This document shows positions 42,017-56,129 of a stretch of DNA of 64,000 bases, piece after piece (position 1 is the first letter of the stretch; every line of letters begins with the position of its first letter). The notes beneath the pieces were generated by a model, which saw only the letters and a program-made list of their open reading frames with translations, was not told the DNA's origin and made no database searches. The stretch covers positions 9,114,001-9,178,000 of the forward strand of contig OZ024746.1 in the NCBI GenBank assembly GCA_964016885.1, given 5' to 3'. The translations under genes and the position numbers were made by a program. Source of the stretch: Eledone cirrhosa. Its lineage: Eukaryota.

Positions 42017-42736
42017 TGTGCTAGTGTGTGTCTGTCTGGCTGGCGGATTATACGCTACACATACCTGTTAGTCGCTAAGTCTACCTGTCTGCCAATCCAT
42101 CTGCCAGTTTCCCTGGAAGCCTACCTACCTACCTGGCTTATTCCACGCTTGTCTGCCTCTACCTTTATCTTTCTAGCTTTCCTGCATATTTATTATCTAC
42201 CGTGTTTTTGTCGCTTTGTCTGTATATCTGTTTATCAATTCCTCTATCTTTCTGTCTTTTCATGAGACCGTCTGTCATGCATTTGACGTAACCCATTTAA
42301 GCTATTTCCAGCTTTGGCAATAATCAGAAGACTGTCCGACATGGTCACCTAGCAACGGTGTCTTCTTTGCTAATGAACTGACGCCATCGTCAGTCAATTT
42401 TGTTATTATTGTTATGTTATTAGAATAGCTATTGTTTTTGATTCCACTATTTGGGTTTTGTATTGCACAACTGCTTTATGCCCCGTCTTCAACTTCCTAA
42501 ACTTAGCGTGCCGAGTTGCTGGCAAGTGGTTTAGTAAGATGAACGAATTAGATTCCTTAATTAATGAAAGAAATCGTTTATCTATTTGTCTACCTATCTT
42601 TCTGCTGTTTTCTTTACTCCACTTTGTTTTTAAAATATCCAATTTCGCATTGGGAACCGAAGTAGTTAAAGCGCGTACATATGTTTACCACATTGCGTAC
42701 TTCAAACTTGTAAGCTGTTATAACAGATACGTCTTC

Positions 42737-42841
<105 letters not shown>

Positions 42842-43012
42842 GAGAAAGAGAGAGAGAGGAAGCGAGAGAGAGAGCGAGAGAGAGAGAACAGGAGTCAGCG
42901 AGGTTGAGACCAAGGAGATCACTAATCCTGGGAGTACTCAATGCATGGGTAGATGTAGAGTGAGTATAGAGATATGTAAAATCCCGACTGCTTGGCACCG
43001 CAGTCAGGAATT

Positions 43013-43051
<39 letters not shown>

Positions 43052-43060
43052 TATATATAT

Positions 43061-43248
43061 AACGTAGGAAGTGTGGTAAGGAACCAGGTGGACTATAACG
43101 CACCAGAGTATTCAATACTTAGGGTAGTAGAGTGGGTAATAGGAAAATGTTCAAAATCCCGACGGCAGAGCTCAAGCCGTTTCGAGGGCTATTTCTGAAA
43201 TAGCCGTCGAAACGGCTTGAGCTCTGCCGTCGGAGTTTTGAACATTTT

Positions 43249-43250
<2 letters not shown>
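43061..43250. mobile_element. Foldback element family A
   Basis: Tail plus inverted arms with a 1-nt spacer (gctatttc-t-gaaatagc). Confidence 0.8.
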
Positions 43251-43286
<36 letters not shown>

Positions 43287-43329
43287 GGTGCGTGTGTGTG
43301 TGTGTGTGTGTATAAATGCGGAATTCGTT

Positions 43330-44030
43330 GAAAAGAGCAGGATGAAGTTTTTCAAGGAGAATTCTGGTACAGTGAGAGAGAAGACCCACAATGGGAGTGG
43401 ATCTGGGAGGCTTCAGTTGAGCTGGTCGAATAATACCACTTTCCACTTTTTACCCCCAGAGACAAGACCTTCTTTTGTGGTACAAGAAAAGAAATGTGGT
43501 GACTATAGAGAGCTTACTCTCTATAGGAAGGCGAACATCAACGATGTATTCAACAGAAATGCCACGAAGTAGAGTGAGTTGGTTGAACGCTGTGAACTCT
43601 GTGGATGGGAGGGCAACATGTTACTCTGTACAGGTATGAGTCGGAGGAATTGTGGGAACCAGGGTTAACTTGTTCTTCGGGAGCCTTTGACTAGTGGCAA
43701 AGGAACGGAAACACCTGTAGTGGGCATTATTGGAGGCAGCTTAGAAAGCGATGAATGGTGCACCTGACACACTGAGGTGGATGTTGACTTCTCGCGCAAA
43801 GTAATAACACTAGGCCCACCGAATTTCATGCTGTTCTCACGCGTTGAGGTGTCACGACATCAGATTCAACGAAGATTGAGTTGTTGTGCAGGTGTTTGGT
43901 CGGCCAAATCAGGGGATAACTCCGAGTGACATTAATAGAACGGTGGAGGAGGCCGAAACAACTACAGAGTTATTCGCTGCCTGATGAGACACAAACTCCT
44001 GCATCCGCAGACGGAATACAGCACTGATAT
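43330..44030 (+). pseudogene. Decayed HERO/NeSL-like non-LTR retrotransposon 3' end (restriction-like endonuclease plus 3' UTR)
   Basis: TRPSF...RELTL...NINDVFNRNATK*SELVERCELCGWE resembles RPD...ELTxPxE...KxxKYxxLxxxCxxxGW; contains stops and frameshifts. Confidence 0.55.
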
Positions 44031-44218
44031 ATTTTCCAAGCTTATGTATATATATATATATATCCTCCCCCGTCATCATTTTCTTTCTTCCTCTTCCTTA
44101 CCTTTTCCTACCCCCCCCCCTTTCCCAATCTCATATATCCATCTTACTTTATTTTTCATATGTTGATTTAACACTTCACTGCTTGCAAGTGTTTTTTAAG
44201 CTTCATATCATGTCTCCC

Positions 44219-44288
44219 TATTTTATCTGAGGAGAACGCAAATATCATCCTATGATGATATTTGTTTTGAAATGCGCATAATAAAATA
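44219..44288 (+). ncRNA. Minimal type I hammerhead ribozyme (family F)
   Basis: tattttat-CTGAGGA-gaacgcaaatatcatc ctat gatgatatttgtttt-GAAA-tgcgca-TA-ataaaata. Perfect 8-bp stem I and palindromic stem III, within an approximately 260-bp insert between (TA)n tracts. Confidence 0.85.
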
Positions 44289-44340
44289 CTTGGAACTCTT
44301 TTAACCATCTTTTGATCTTATATTATATATATATATATAT

Positions 44341-44528
44341 ATTAAAATAACAGATTAAAGTTTAAGCAAAGAATCGCTGCTTTCATCCTTAACGGAATCT
44401 TCATTGCTTAAACTTTAATCTGTTATTTTAATAAATATTTGCTCTCGGGTTTTATATTTATTTGATATATATTTATCCCTATCCTTATCGAGCCCTCTTT
44501 GGATTTTAGTCTTCACATTTATTATTAT

Positions 44529-44531
<3 letters not shown>
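44341..44531. mobile_element. Foldback element family H
   Basis: Reverse arm 44341-44403, truncated at the ribozyme core (TGAAGA), joined to a forward arm plus tail. Confidence 0.8.
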
Positions 44532-44575
<44 letters not shown>

Positions 44576-45783
44576 TGTGTATGTGTACGTGTCCACACAG
44601 ACACAGACACACACACACCCACACACACCCACATGAGCACACAGTAATTAACTAACTTTCTACGCCGTTTCCTCAATATTATATTTCCTATACTTCTTTC
44701 AGAGAAGCATATTAAGCTTCATGTACCTGGGACAATATGTTAGAAGTCTCATAACCTTACACAATGAACAACATGGCGCATAATTTCTCATTCTAAATTA
44801 ACCTGGCATGTTATTAAAAACTAAGTCACCTTAAATAATTTGATTTATATCGGAGCGAATGTCGCCGCCCGCAGGTGTGAGCTCCGCTAGGAGGAGGGTA
44901 CTCGTTAGGACATCACTTCCGCACATATATTAAATGTGCTTTAATATAACAAATATATAGTTAATGAAATAGTGCAATTAGTACTGTATAAAGTGAAACC
45001 ACAAACTACTTGCCTGAAAAATATTTCTTGAGAAAGTTTTAAAGAATAATTATCAATTCCAATGGCATTCTTATTCATTTACAGATAATAGTTTGCTGTT
45101 ATTTTCATGGTGTAACTATAGTTGCCACTAAATAAAGTAACATATACAGGTTTCTATATAGAGGGATATGTTACAATAACATGCTAGTACTTGAAGAATT
45201 GCCCGATTGGAGAGAAACAAGTATAAATTTATAAATATTTAACACAATATATATATATATATATATATATATGACTAGCAATGTACACATACACACGCAC
45301 ACACACATACATACATACATATATATACATATATTTGTGAGTGTATACAATTAATTAATCAATTGCTACAGACAACTAATTATAATTATAACCAGCCAGG
45401 TTCGAACTATATGCAAATGCGCCTCTTCCGCAAATGTTCATCACGCAAAATTCTATATATACTCTGGTTTATTTCCATGTCAGTACTTGTTGAGTGAATG
45501 ACACTGATGAAAAATGACCAAATCTTGCAACAGTGTTTTCTGGCATTCCCGACCGTAGTGGCTACACGGAGAAAATAGAAAAAAATAATATATCTTTGAT
45601 AGCGAGGCTACACACATGTTTATTGCAAATAAACATATGGTATACGCTTTATGTTTTTTATACACTCCTAATATTTATCTACAATATATTATGTTATATT
45701 GTATATATATATATATATGTATGTCTGTATGTATGTACGAATGCATGTATTAAGTGTGTGGGTATGGTTTGGTGTACACACGC

Positions 45784-45859
<76 letters not shown>

Positions 45860-45871
45860 ATATACAAATAT

Positions 45872-45902
<31 letters not shown>

Positions 45903-45987
45903 CAAATATTTATATATATATATATATATACAAATATTTATATATATGTAAATATATATATATATATATATTAATATATATATATAT

Positions 45988-46193
45988 AGGAAAAAGTATG
46001 ACCCCGACGGCAGAGCTCAAGCCGTTTCGACGGCTATTTCTGGACTGAATATTTATGTCCAGAAATAGCCGTCGAAACGGCTTGAGAACTGCCGTCGGGG
46101 TCATACTTTTTCCTATTTCCCACTCTAATACCCTAAGTATTGAGTACTCTGGTGCGTTATGGTCCATCTGGTTCCTTACCACAATTTCTTCGT

Positions 46194-46194
<1 letters not shown>
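45988..46194. mobile_element. Foldback element family A (tail on the right)
   Basis: Inverted arms around tgaatatttat, followed by the tail ending cttcgtt-(AT)n. Confidence 0.8.
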
Positions 46195-46229
<35 letters not shown>

Positions 46230-46247
46230 CATATACAGATCAATATT

Positions 46248-46287
<40 letters not shown>

Positions 46288-46333
46288 TACAATAATATTA
46301 AATAGATGGAAACTATATTTATAAAACCATATT

Positions 46334-46395
46334 TATTCTATTATATATATTTCAAGGGTACCAAAAACTTTTGTACGCTTTCATCAGATAAAATA
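46334..46395 (-). ncRNA. Type I hammerhead ribozyme (family G, left arm)
   Basis: Minus strand tattttat-CTGATGA-aagcgtac...gtaccctt-GAAA-tatata-TA-atagaata. Confidence 0.8.
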
Positions 46396-46536
46396 CAAAG
46401 TTTGTTTTAGAAATATTGACATAACCAGGAAGAAGAACTTAACCGTTCAAGTTTTTCCTGGAAAATATATCCAGGAAAAACTTGAACCGTTAAGTTCTTC
46501 TTCCTGGATATGTCAATATTTATAAAACGAACTTTG

Positions 46537-46597
46537 TATTTTATCTGATGAGTGCGTACCAAAGTGTTGGTACCCTTGAAATATATATAATAGAATA
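46537..46597 (+). ncRNA. Type I hammerhead ribozyme (family G)
   Basis: tattttat-CTGATGA-gtgcgtaccaa agtg ttggtaccctt-GAAA-tatata-TA-atagaata. Confidence 0.8.
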
Positions 46598-46733
46598 AAT
46601 ATGGTTTTATAAATATAGTGTCCATTTATTTAATATCATTCAATATTATACTCCAGAAAACTTGTCGAGTGCTTTGAATCAGTTATAAACATATATATTT
46701 GTTGAATTACCAACAAATTAAATATCCCTTTTG

Positions 46734-46769
<36 letters not shown>

Positions 46770-46959
46770 TTTATATATATACATTTATGAATGTATTATG
46801 AATACATTTATGAATGTATTATGTATATAATATAGATATGGATATATATGTATGGGTGTATACATTTAGATTGCATATGTCTAGAGGTGTGTGTGTGCAT
46901 GTGTGTATGTGTGTGCATGTGCTCGTGATAGTGTGACTGTAATCTGTTCTACAAATAAT

Positions 46960-47160
46960 TGTTTCTATTTTAGTCACAAGGCCAGCAATAACCCAGTATA
47001 TTACTGGTACTATATTTTATCGACCCCGTAAGAATGAAAGGCAAAGTTAACCTCGGCGGGATTTGAACTCATACCGTAAAGGGACGTAACTATGCTGGAA
47101 AGCATGGCGTCCGACCCTCTACCGATACTGCCAATCCACCACCACCACCTTGCCAATCCA
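46960..47160 (-). mobile_element. SINE family 1, full length
   Basis: Reverse-strand copy; TSD tgttctacaaataat at 46945-46959 and 47161-47175. Confidence 0.9.
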
Positions 47161-47744
47161 TGTTCTACAAATAATGCAAGTAAAAATGTTAGATATTTGA
47201 TGTTGCCTCCAACTATAACTGAAGAAATAAAAAAGAAAAAAACTAGTTTTTCACTTCCACCAATTCACGTGGAATAGATTGTTGAGAGAATCCAAAGAAA
47301 AGAGAGAGAGATGATAAAAAATATTTACGTTTAACACAAGCAATTACTTCTTTAAGATATTTTCAAATGATTGTATCATTTTCTATTTTCCGTAAAGGTC
47401 TTTGGTAAACAATGTACAAGCATATTTATAGAAAAATTACAATATAAACAGATATATTTATATCTATATTAACACCAAATTCTACGTATTGAGCTGATAT
47501 ATTTTCTTCTGTGGAATAAAATATATTTTCTCTTATAAAATAATGAAATATTAATTGCTTTTTAGCGTGGATTGCAGCCACTCACACACAGCCACACGCC
47601 GTACAAAATTACAAATACATATATAACCATGAAGACATACGTAGTCTCTCTCTCCCACACGCATACACACTAAGAGGCACATAGCCCAAATGCATACATC
47701 CACACACACACAAGCACACACGCACACACATATATATATATATG

Positions 47745-47948
47745 AAGGCTCGTGGCTGAGTGATTAGAGAATTGGATTTGCAATCGTGAGGTTGTGAGTT
47801 CGATTCCCGGGCGGGGCAATGCGTTATGTCCTTGGGCAAGACACTTTATTTCAAGTTGCTCCTTCTACCTGGAGTTGCGACCGATAGAGAGTATTAGAAT
47901 CAGAAAGACCAATGGAAACATTGCTTCCTCGGTCCGATTTGACGAAAG
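47745..47948 (+). mobile_element. SINE family 2
   Basis: A-box tggctgagtgattag, B-box gagttcgattcc, tgtccttgggcaagacactt domain. Confidence 0.85.
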
Positions 47949-47982
<34 letters not shown>

Positions 47983-47983
<1 letters not shown>

Positions 47984-48083
47984 ACGAAGGAGTTGTGGTA
48001 AGGAACCAGATGGACCATAACGCACCAGAATACCCAATACGTCGAAACGGCTTGAGCTCTGCCGTCGGGGTCATACATTTTCC
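47983..48083. mobile_element. Family A copy with non-overlapping inverted halves
   Basis: Partial tail (47983-48037) joined to an oppositely oriented arm (48040-48083). Confidence 0.75.
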
Positions 48084-48088
48084 TATAT

Positions 48089-48393
<305 letters not shown>

Positions 48394-48511
48394 GATATTT
48401 AAAAAGCACATAAGCTAGAGCTTATTCTTGTCTCAATAGTCAGTAAACGATGATGGATAAAAATCCAGAAACAAGAGTCTGACATTCTCACACATGTACG
48501 TAATTAGCTGT

Positions 48512-48575
<64 letters not shown>

Positions 48576-48614
48576 ATACTTTGGGAGGGTCATGTTGCCA
48601 ATAAGAAACACACA

Positions 48615-48658
<44 letters not shown>

Positions 48659-48724
48659 GAGCAACAGAGAAAGCGAGATCAAAACAGAGAGATATAGTTA
48701 GGTAGACTGACAGATAGATAGACA

Positions 48725-49400
48725 GATCTATCCCCCTCTCTATATCTACCATACAACACTCCCTCGCATTCTCTCTCAATCTATCCATCATTACCAAACT
48801 CTCCCCCTCTCTATATCTAATATACAACACCCTCTCGCAACACCCTTTCTATATTTATCAAAACCTATCTCTATCAATCCTCTAACTCTATTCATTACCA
48901 CCAAACTATCCTCTTTTCTATATCTACCATATCTCATTCCCTCTCACTCTATCTATCACTACCAAATTCTCCCCCTCTCTATATCTATCAATACATGTCT
49001 CTATCAATTCTCTAACTCTATTCATTACCACCAAACTCTCGCCCTCTCTACATCAACCATGCACAACTCTCTCCCAATCTCCCTCTCTCTATCAATTAAC
49101 ACCAAACTGTCCCCCTCTCTCTATCTAATACACGTAAATCTCTCTCAGCCCTCCTCTCTATATCAATTAATACCAATCTTTCCCTCTCTATATACTACAT
49201 GGAACTCTCTCCTAACCCCTCTCTATATCTACCATACAACACTCTCTCTCATTCCCTCTCATTCTATCCATCACTTCCAAACTCTCCCCCTCTCTATATC
49301 TATCAATACCTATCTCTATCAATCCTCTCACTCTATTTATTACCACCAAACTCCCCCCTCTCTATATCTATATCTATCTCTCCCGTCTCTCTCTACATAA
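48725..49400. repeat. Degenerate CT-rich minisatellite
   Basis: Recurrent ctctatcaatYctctaactctattcattaccaccaaact-like blocks. Confidence 0.75.
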
Positions 49401-49832
49401 CATGTTCATAAATTGTAGCGCATATACAAATAAATGTGTTTTGGTAGTTTATGGAAAAAAATAGAATTTTTGGGAGAGCCATAGCCGCTCTTGTTCCCCC
49501 AGTTCCCCCACCGCTGCATAAGTCGTGCTACAGAGTCGCACAGACATATATCTTTCGGTATTAGTAGTGTTTATGGCCAACATATGTTGGGCAAAATACT
49601 AATAATGTAACCATGTCATAACGGAGAAACGTAGCACTTTCAAACGTTGAATTATAGAGTTCCTGTTTGAGTAACCATATACTAATATCAACAATTACAG
49701 GATGGAGACCTTTATATGTACTGTTTGGCTCAACCCTTAAACTCCCGTTTTAGAAGCAATAGATGTGTGTGATATGCATATGTTTACATATGTATGTCCA
49801 CATATATGCTCATATGTATACGTTTTTGTGCT

Positions 49833-49865
<33 letters not shown>

Positions 49866-49866
<1 letters not shown>

Positions 49867-50057
49867 ACGAAGGAAGTGTGGTAAGGAGCCAGATGGGCCG
49901 TAACGCACCAGAGTACTCAATACTTAGGGTAGTATAGTGGTAATAGGAAAATGTTTAACCCCGACGGCAGAGGTCAAGCCGTTTCAACGGCTATTTCTGG
50001 CGTCCAGAAATAGCCGTCGAAACGGCTTGAGCTCTGCCGTCGGGTTAAACATTTTCC
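49866..50057. mobile_element. Foldback element family A
   Basis: Tail plus inverted arms around tttctgg-cgt-ccagaaa. Confidence 0.8.
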
Positions 50058-50078
50058 TATATATATATATATATATAT

Positions 50079-50122
<44 letters not shown>

Positions 50123-50429
50123 GTGGGCTTGTATGTATGTATCGTAACTGTGGAGTACACAATCTTTATTAAAATATAATTGCTGTTCCAATTTCTCGGG
50201 GGGGCTGAAAGGGGAACATCACCCACGAGGTCATCACCCACGAGGTCATCCTGGCTTCAACCCTTGCAAGTTTAATAACAAATATCAAAGAATTAGTGTC
50301 GGCGACCAAACAGATTATACCTACACTAAATTATGTATCATCGGGTCGGCAAAATCATTTTCCGTCCTGGACTAATCGATACATTACAATCTCTACCTAA
50401 TGTAATATATTATATAGAGTGGCGGGTTT

Positions 50430-51200
50430 AAATCTGGCTTTTGTGGAGAAATTATCAATTTCTTTTCAGCTGAAAGCATTCAACAGCATCGATATTTAGC
50501 AGCTGTGCTCTGCACACCCGGTTTTGGCCCGTTTAAAGTGGTTTGTTCGCTGCAATCATTCTGCAATGGACTGTGCTCAGCTGTGCCAATAAATTTCTAC
50601 CTATCAGAATGTTTTGCTATCGCATACTTGGTCAGTCATAGCTATCACATTTCATGACCTCGCATGTTTTAGCTCTAGATCATTGCTGGAAGATCTGGAA
50701 ATGTCTCACTGGATCTGGTATGTGGGAGATCTGTTTCAATATACACGTACGATATCACCACCATTGTATTGAGACATCGGAAGTAGAAGCGTTCGTCACG
50801 ATACTGAAGGATTTTCTGATTGTAACTGGACAACTTATTAATCAGAAATTGATGGGTTTGCAACTCAGCACCTGATAAGACAAGTCATCACCATGTAGTT
50901 GCAATATACTCTGCCGCTCATCATTGGCTGAATAAAGATTTTGGGAATCGACTGTAGTGGATGGGGAGTTAGATATTTTGGAATGTTGCAAAATCCATTC
51001 TTAGCTAATGATATACAGGCATGCACTTTGGCAGCAGCATTTGCAGAGATTTCTAGATGGAGATAAGTTGCCGACATCGTTTCTGCGGAATGCATTTACA
51101 CCACTTATCTCTTTAAAAGAAATGCAGTTCTTGGCAAGCGCTGATAAGGATTTGGTAAGAGGGTTTGTGGAGTAGTGGTGAGCATTAGCAGTGACGTTTT
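50430..51200 (+). pseudogene. Decayed Tx1/L1-like reverse transcriptase region
   Basis: Collinear remnants across frames: GFGP, HVLALD (cf. YVLALEP), SIYTYDITTIV (cf. AYADDIT), ILKDFLIVTGQLINQK-LMGLQL (cf. SGAKINxxKSxGL). Confidence 0.55.
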
Positions 51201-52337
51201 TTTGGTTGGATTCTGAGTGACGACGAACCCAATTAAACAGCGTGCTCCGGAGAACGTTCGGTTCATTTATTATAAATAACTTTCAGAAATTTCTATCTGT
51301 ACTAATTCAAAACATTACCTGTATGGAATAAGATATACAAGTATATGTAGGGAAGTGTCGTTATTTTCAACGCTTGTTGAATGGTTGTTATAATGGTATG
51401 GTGGATCAACTCTTCTGGGACAAAGAATGTCAGAAAACGTTCTTGAGCTAAATAGCTATGATGAAATATGTATTGTGAACTCGTGCAATTCATTTCTTAT
51501 CAACTTCATCATGTTGAATTCGCTACAGCGTGAAATAGGGTAAGAGAATGTGATGCTACACAGGGGTAATGGAAGAGTTCATGGCTCTTTTCGAAGCATT
51601 GTTAACTGGTGGGAAGAAAAGAGGAAAGCAGAATGCTATCTTCAAACCAGAGGCCTGGCTCGAATGCTTGTAACTAAATATATTCAGCTAAAAGATGGTA
51701 TTAAGACGTGCGACAGTGTAGATCCACTAAAAAAAAAGGTGAAAATAGGTCCCCCAACGGATTTCGAGACATTCCTAGTCTACCAAAATTTCACTCACAA
51801 ACTATGGTTGATCTGAAGCTATAGAAGACGACACTTTCCCAAAGTACATAGGTTACAATAACATTAGGTAAACTCTTTCAATAGTCAGTGGTGAATTAGA
51901 TATGCCCTTACAATTGCTGTACTAAAACTTAAAAATAAATACAACGAATACGAATATAGTTATGAATAAGCTTGTTGTTGAAGTTAAGAAAACTTATGTT
52001 AGACATATTTTCAACATGGTGCACTTGTAAGTGGGTGTGAAACCTTCATGTATCATAATTTCGGATGACGATGGTAGCAAGGTTTCAAATTAAAAATAAA
52101 CACACATGCATAGCAAGTGCCAAGTAAATAAAACTAATATATCAGAAATTATATTCCCCAAAGTATTTCGACAGCTACGTCAACTGACGCGTATAAAATT
52201 AATTACATTAATACGAAACAAACTTTTTCCGTCTACCTCTGATCACATTTTGTTTCCCTCTCACTCTCTTGCCCTCCCTCTCTCTCTTTCTCTCATTCTC
52301 TCTCTCTCTTTGTCAGTCTTTCTCTCACTATCTCTCT

Positions 52338-52415
<78 letters not shown>

Positions 52416-53213
52416 GTAGGTAGATAGATATGCATGTGTGTGTGTGATTTTTTTATTTATTGCAGAAGACTCAAAACAATAGAAATGGAAAGCTGTGATA
52501 TACGTTTCTTTTTTGTTTTGTTTTTTCCTGAAAGATATTAATAATGTTAGTTAAACTTGTATTACTTTAATCCGATCAAAAATAGATTGTAAGTTTGTAT
52601 CTAGAAGAAAAAAAACATGCACCCAGTCTCACCCTTCCTCACACACACAAACACGTACACACTCTATGGTTCTTGGTTTGTTACCAACAAGTTTTAACGA
52701 GTGGTTATTATTGGTCCATAGGTAAAAGAACACAGAATTCCTGTTCAATAACATGCTATAAGTTCTCAAAATAGAGACGGTTTCCAAGTGTGTACAAAGT
52801 TTTCATTATAAACGACAGGCTCAGTACTGCTATAAAAATGTTCCATGAATGTTTTCTAAAGAAATAACAGGAAAGTTAATCACATAGCGTGAAGTTCACG
52901 CATAATATAAGAAAGGCCTGTTACTCAAAAATCACTCCATATTTTCATTATAGAGTTTTCTAGTTACTGTGTTCTCCTCCATTGATAATATTAACATGTA
53001 TTTCTGATATCGTGCTTTTCCTACGTTATTATTTCTATGCAATATAATAGATAACGTAATATTATTCAAATACTATATTAATTAATGTTACGCATACCTG
53101 CATATCTCTTATGTATATAGACATGTGTTTGTGTATGTGTTCGTATGTATCTCTAAATGTGTATGTGTATATGTGTGTGCATGTGTCTTATATACATATT
53201 TTCTATAAATAAT

Positions 53214-53780
53214 GTTTTCTGATTTTAGGAACAAGTCCAACAATTTCGGGGGAAAGGGAAAGTCGATTAAATCGACCCCAGTGAATTGCTGGTACTGCAT
53301 ATTGTTGACTCCGTAAGGATGAAAGTGAAATCTAACTCAGAACGTATGCTGCAAAGCATAGAGTTACGTCCGACACTCTACCAATACTACCAATCCAATA
53401 TTTTCTATAAATAATTGTTTCTACTTTTGGCACAAGGCCGCAATTACCCAGTACATTACTGGTACTTTATTTTATCGACCACGTAAGGATGAAAGGCAAA
53501 GTTAACCTCGGCGGGATTTGAACTCAGAAATAAATAATGGTTTCTGATTTTAGGAACAAGGCCAACAATTTTGGGGGAAAGGGAAAGTCGATTAAATCGA
53601 TCCCACTACGTTACTGGTACTTTATTTTATCGACCGCGTAAAGATGAAAGACAAAGCTAACCTTGGCAGGATTTGAGCTCTGAACGTAAGGAGCCGTAAC
53701 TCCAAGCTGCACATCATAGTGTTCGACGCTCTATCAATTCTGCCAATCCAATATTTTCTGTAAATAATTGTTTCTAGTTA
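53214..53780 (-). mobile_element. Array of 3-4 SINE family 1 copies (long and short subtypes)
   Basis: Copies at about 53214-53398, 53417-53528 and 53540-53750 plus a 3' stub; atattttctRtaaataat recurs at three boundaries. Confidence 0.85.
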
Positions 53781-54619
53781 ATATTTTCTACAATCGAAAC
53801 ATTCCTGATAATGTTGGCATTTGGCCACGTTACGTAATGACTTTCAGTAGCAAATACCAGTGTATTGTGTTTTATATTATATTTACGTATAAGGGAGACA
53901 AAAATAAGCTAATTAGTATAAAGTACATCCTGTTCATCCTGTTTTTTCTATCCAAATAAATGACGTTGTTGTTCTACCTGTTTAGCTCCACATCAGGCTT
54001 GGTTGGTCAAATCTTTATGAAATGCATTCCAAGAGTCATTATTTCGCAGTTTCGAAAATTTATGACTACATTAACCAACGGGTCTGATATGTATGAGGTT
54101 AGAGTTTTTTTTTTTTAATATTTTAGAAGTATCACGCTGAGACTCATACAGCAGGACGTTAAGACACTCTAAGTATTCGTTCGACTCAGGTATTATATTC
54201 ACATAGGCTTAAATGTATTTTCCATGCTAATAGGAGACACTTTTTCAGTGAAATTTAGTATCAGCATGTTTGTTAAAATCGTATAAGTTTAAGTTATTGT
54301 TAGTTTTTGTTCATGTCGTGGATATTTACGTTTTTTTGTGGGGTATCAATTATGATTACAATTGTTTGTGAGGGAATGATTTTGTTTGGTTTCAATTTTT
54401 TCAGCTAATCTTTTCTTTAAATTCACTTTTTCAGGATTTAAAACAATCAGTTTATCTGTTGGGGTGGGGCATCCACTGTTAATTGCTTTGTTGTCAGCAC
54501 ATCTTTCATATTGAATTGAGGTTAAAACGAATAGCATCTTTTTAGAAAAATGATTATGTCTAAAATATCATAATATATGGCGGTAGACGTCTACACAATC
54601 CAAAGTTTTCTGGTTGCGA

Positions 54620-54800
54620 AATAATTGTTTCTACTTTTGGCACAAGCCCAGCAACTACTCAGTGCATTACTGGTACTTTATTTGATCAACCCCATAAGGA
54701 TGAAAGGCAAAGTTAACCTCGGCGGGATTTGAACTCAGAATGGCAAGGGCCGTAACTCTATGCGTCAAAGCATGGCGTCCGACTCTCTACCAATAGTATC
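54620..54800 (-). mobile_element. SINE family 1
   Basis: Reverse-strand copy with B box and central domain. Confidence 0.85.
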
Positions 54801-54984
54801 ACCCCCCCCCCCCCCCCATTGCCAAACAGGTTTGCATCCAGTAGAACTTGGTAATTATCAAATATTTTGGTGTAGCCCTAAGAACCGTCAATTCACCGCA
54901 AAGCAGCATAACAACAAACACGGTATGATCAACAAGAACAACAACGGCGACAACAAAAACAAAAACAGTAATAATAACAATAAT

Positions 54985-55195
54985 GATTTCTACTATAGGC
55001 ACAAGGCCAGCAATTCTGGGGGGAGGGGAAAGTCGATTAAATCGACCTCAGTGCATTACTGGTACTTTATTTTATCGACCTCGTAAGGATGAAAAGCAAA
55101 GCTAACCTCGGCAGGACTTGAACTCAGAACGTAAAGAGCCATAACTCTATGCTGCAAAGCAAGGTGACTGATGCTCTACCGATACTACCAATACA
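54985..55195 (-). mobile_element. SINE family 1, long subtype
   Basis: Contains the extra ggggaaagtcgattaaatcgacc hairpin segment; inserted in (AAT/AAC)n. Confidence 0.85.
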
Positions 55196-56129
55196 TTGCT
55201 CTTATAATAATAATTATAACATAAACAACAAGAATAACAACAGCAACAACAATAACAATAGTAAATACTGTATGTAGATAATCGAAGGTGGTAATAAAAA
55301 TAGACGATATAGTAGGAATTCTTGACAGAATCTAATATATTATTTATATATGATATGAATGTGAGAATTTAGTTAAGTAAATATTGTGCTAATAAAATAT
55401 GCTATCGAAATGTTTTCCCAATCAAAGTATACATGTGTAGAATGAAAAATATATAGATATTTAATATTAGTAGAATATGGAAGCTGTGTAAAAATGTTAG
55501 CTTCTCTATATGAAGCCAAAACATTTGCCATTTAAGCTATACCGTCGTGTCTTTAAAGTGGATAGCTTGGCTGGAAATAAAGTGTTTTATATCCATATAC
55601 TCTGACATGAATTAATTGGCAATAATAGGAAATGTGGTATGATAGCATCTATCAAAATAAGACATCCATTAGAAAAAAAAGGTATGCATATTTTTGCATG
55701 GATTGCAGCCTATGTACGTACGCATGTTTCAGTGAGAGTGTATACATGTATGTAACATCGTGATTTTGTATATGTATACGAATACAGTTGTTGAGAGTGT
55801 GTATGTGTGGGGTGTTGGGGTATATGTGTGTATTCGTGTAAGTGTGCAAGTGTATGGGTGTAAATATCTGTTGATAGAATGCATGCAGAGGTGGATAATT
55901 TAAGGCTGAGATAGTTGTGCTGTTTGCAATTGCTTCCGAAAAGGTGTATAGTATACATTCATTCTATTTCAGAGAAACTGGTTGGTCGGGGAGTGATAAG
56001 TGAGTTAGTATAAATTCATAATGTGTACATGAAAAGTCTCTAACTTTAATATGTATGTAAGCGTGTATGTATTACCGAGTTTGTGTCATAGGATAAAGGA
56101 AGTATTTGAGTGTGTGATAGAGAGTATAA

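Larger units (their letters stand above)
46291..46735. mobile_element. Foldback element family G
   Basis: About 170-bp inverted arms (46291-46462 vs 46470-46640) plus an approximately 95-bp tail; flanked by (TA)n. Confidence 0.85.

Noticed and set aside
51775-51850. Old SINE fragments (also about 1650-1730, 14420-14560, 26390-26520 and 27300-27380)
   Set aside because: Probably real but too decayed to delimit or classify by eye.
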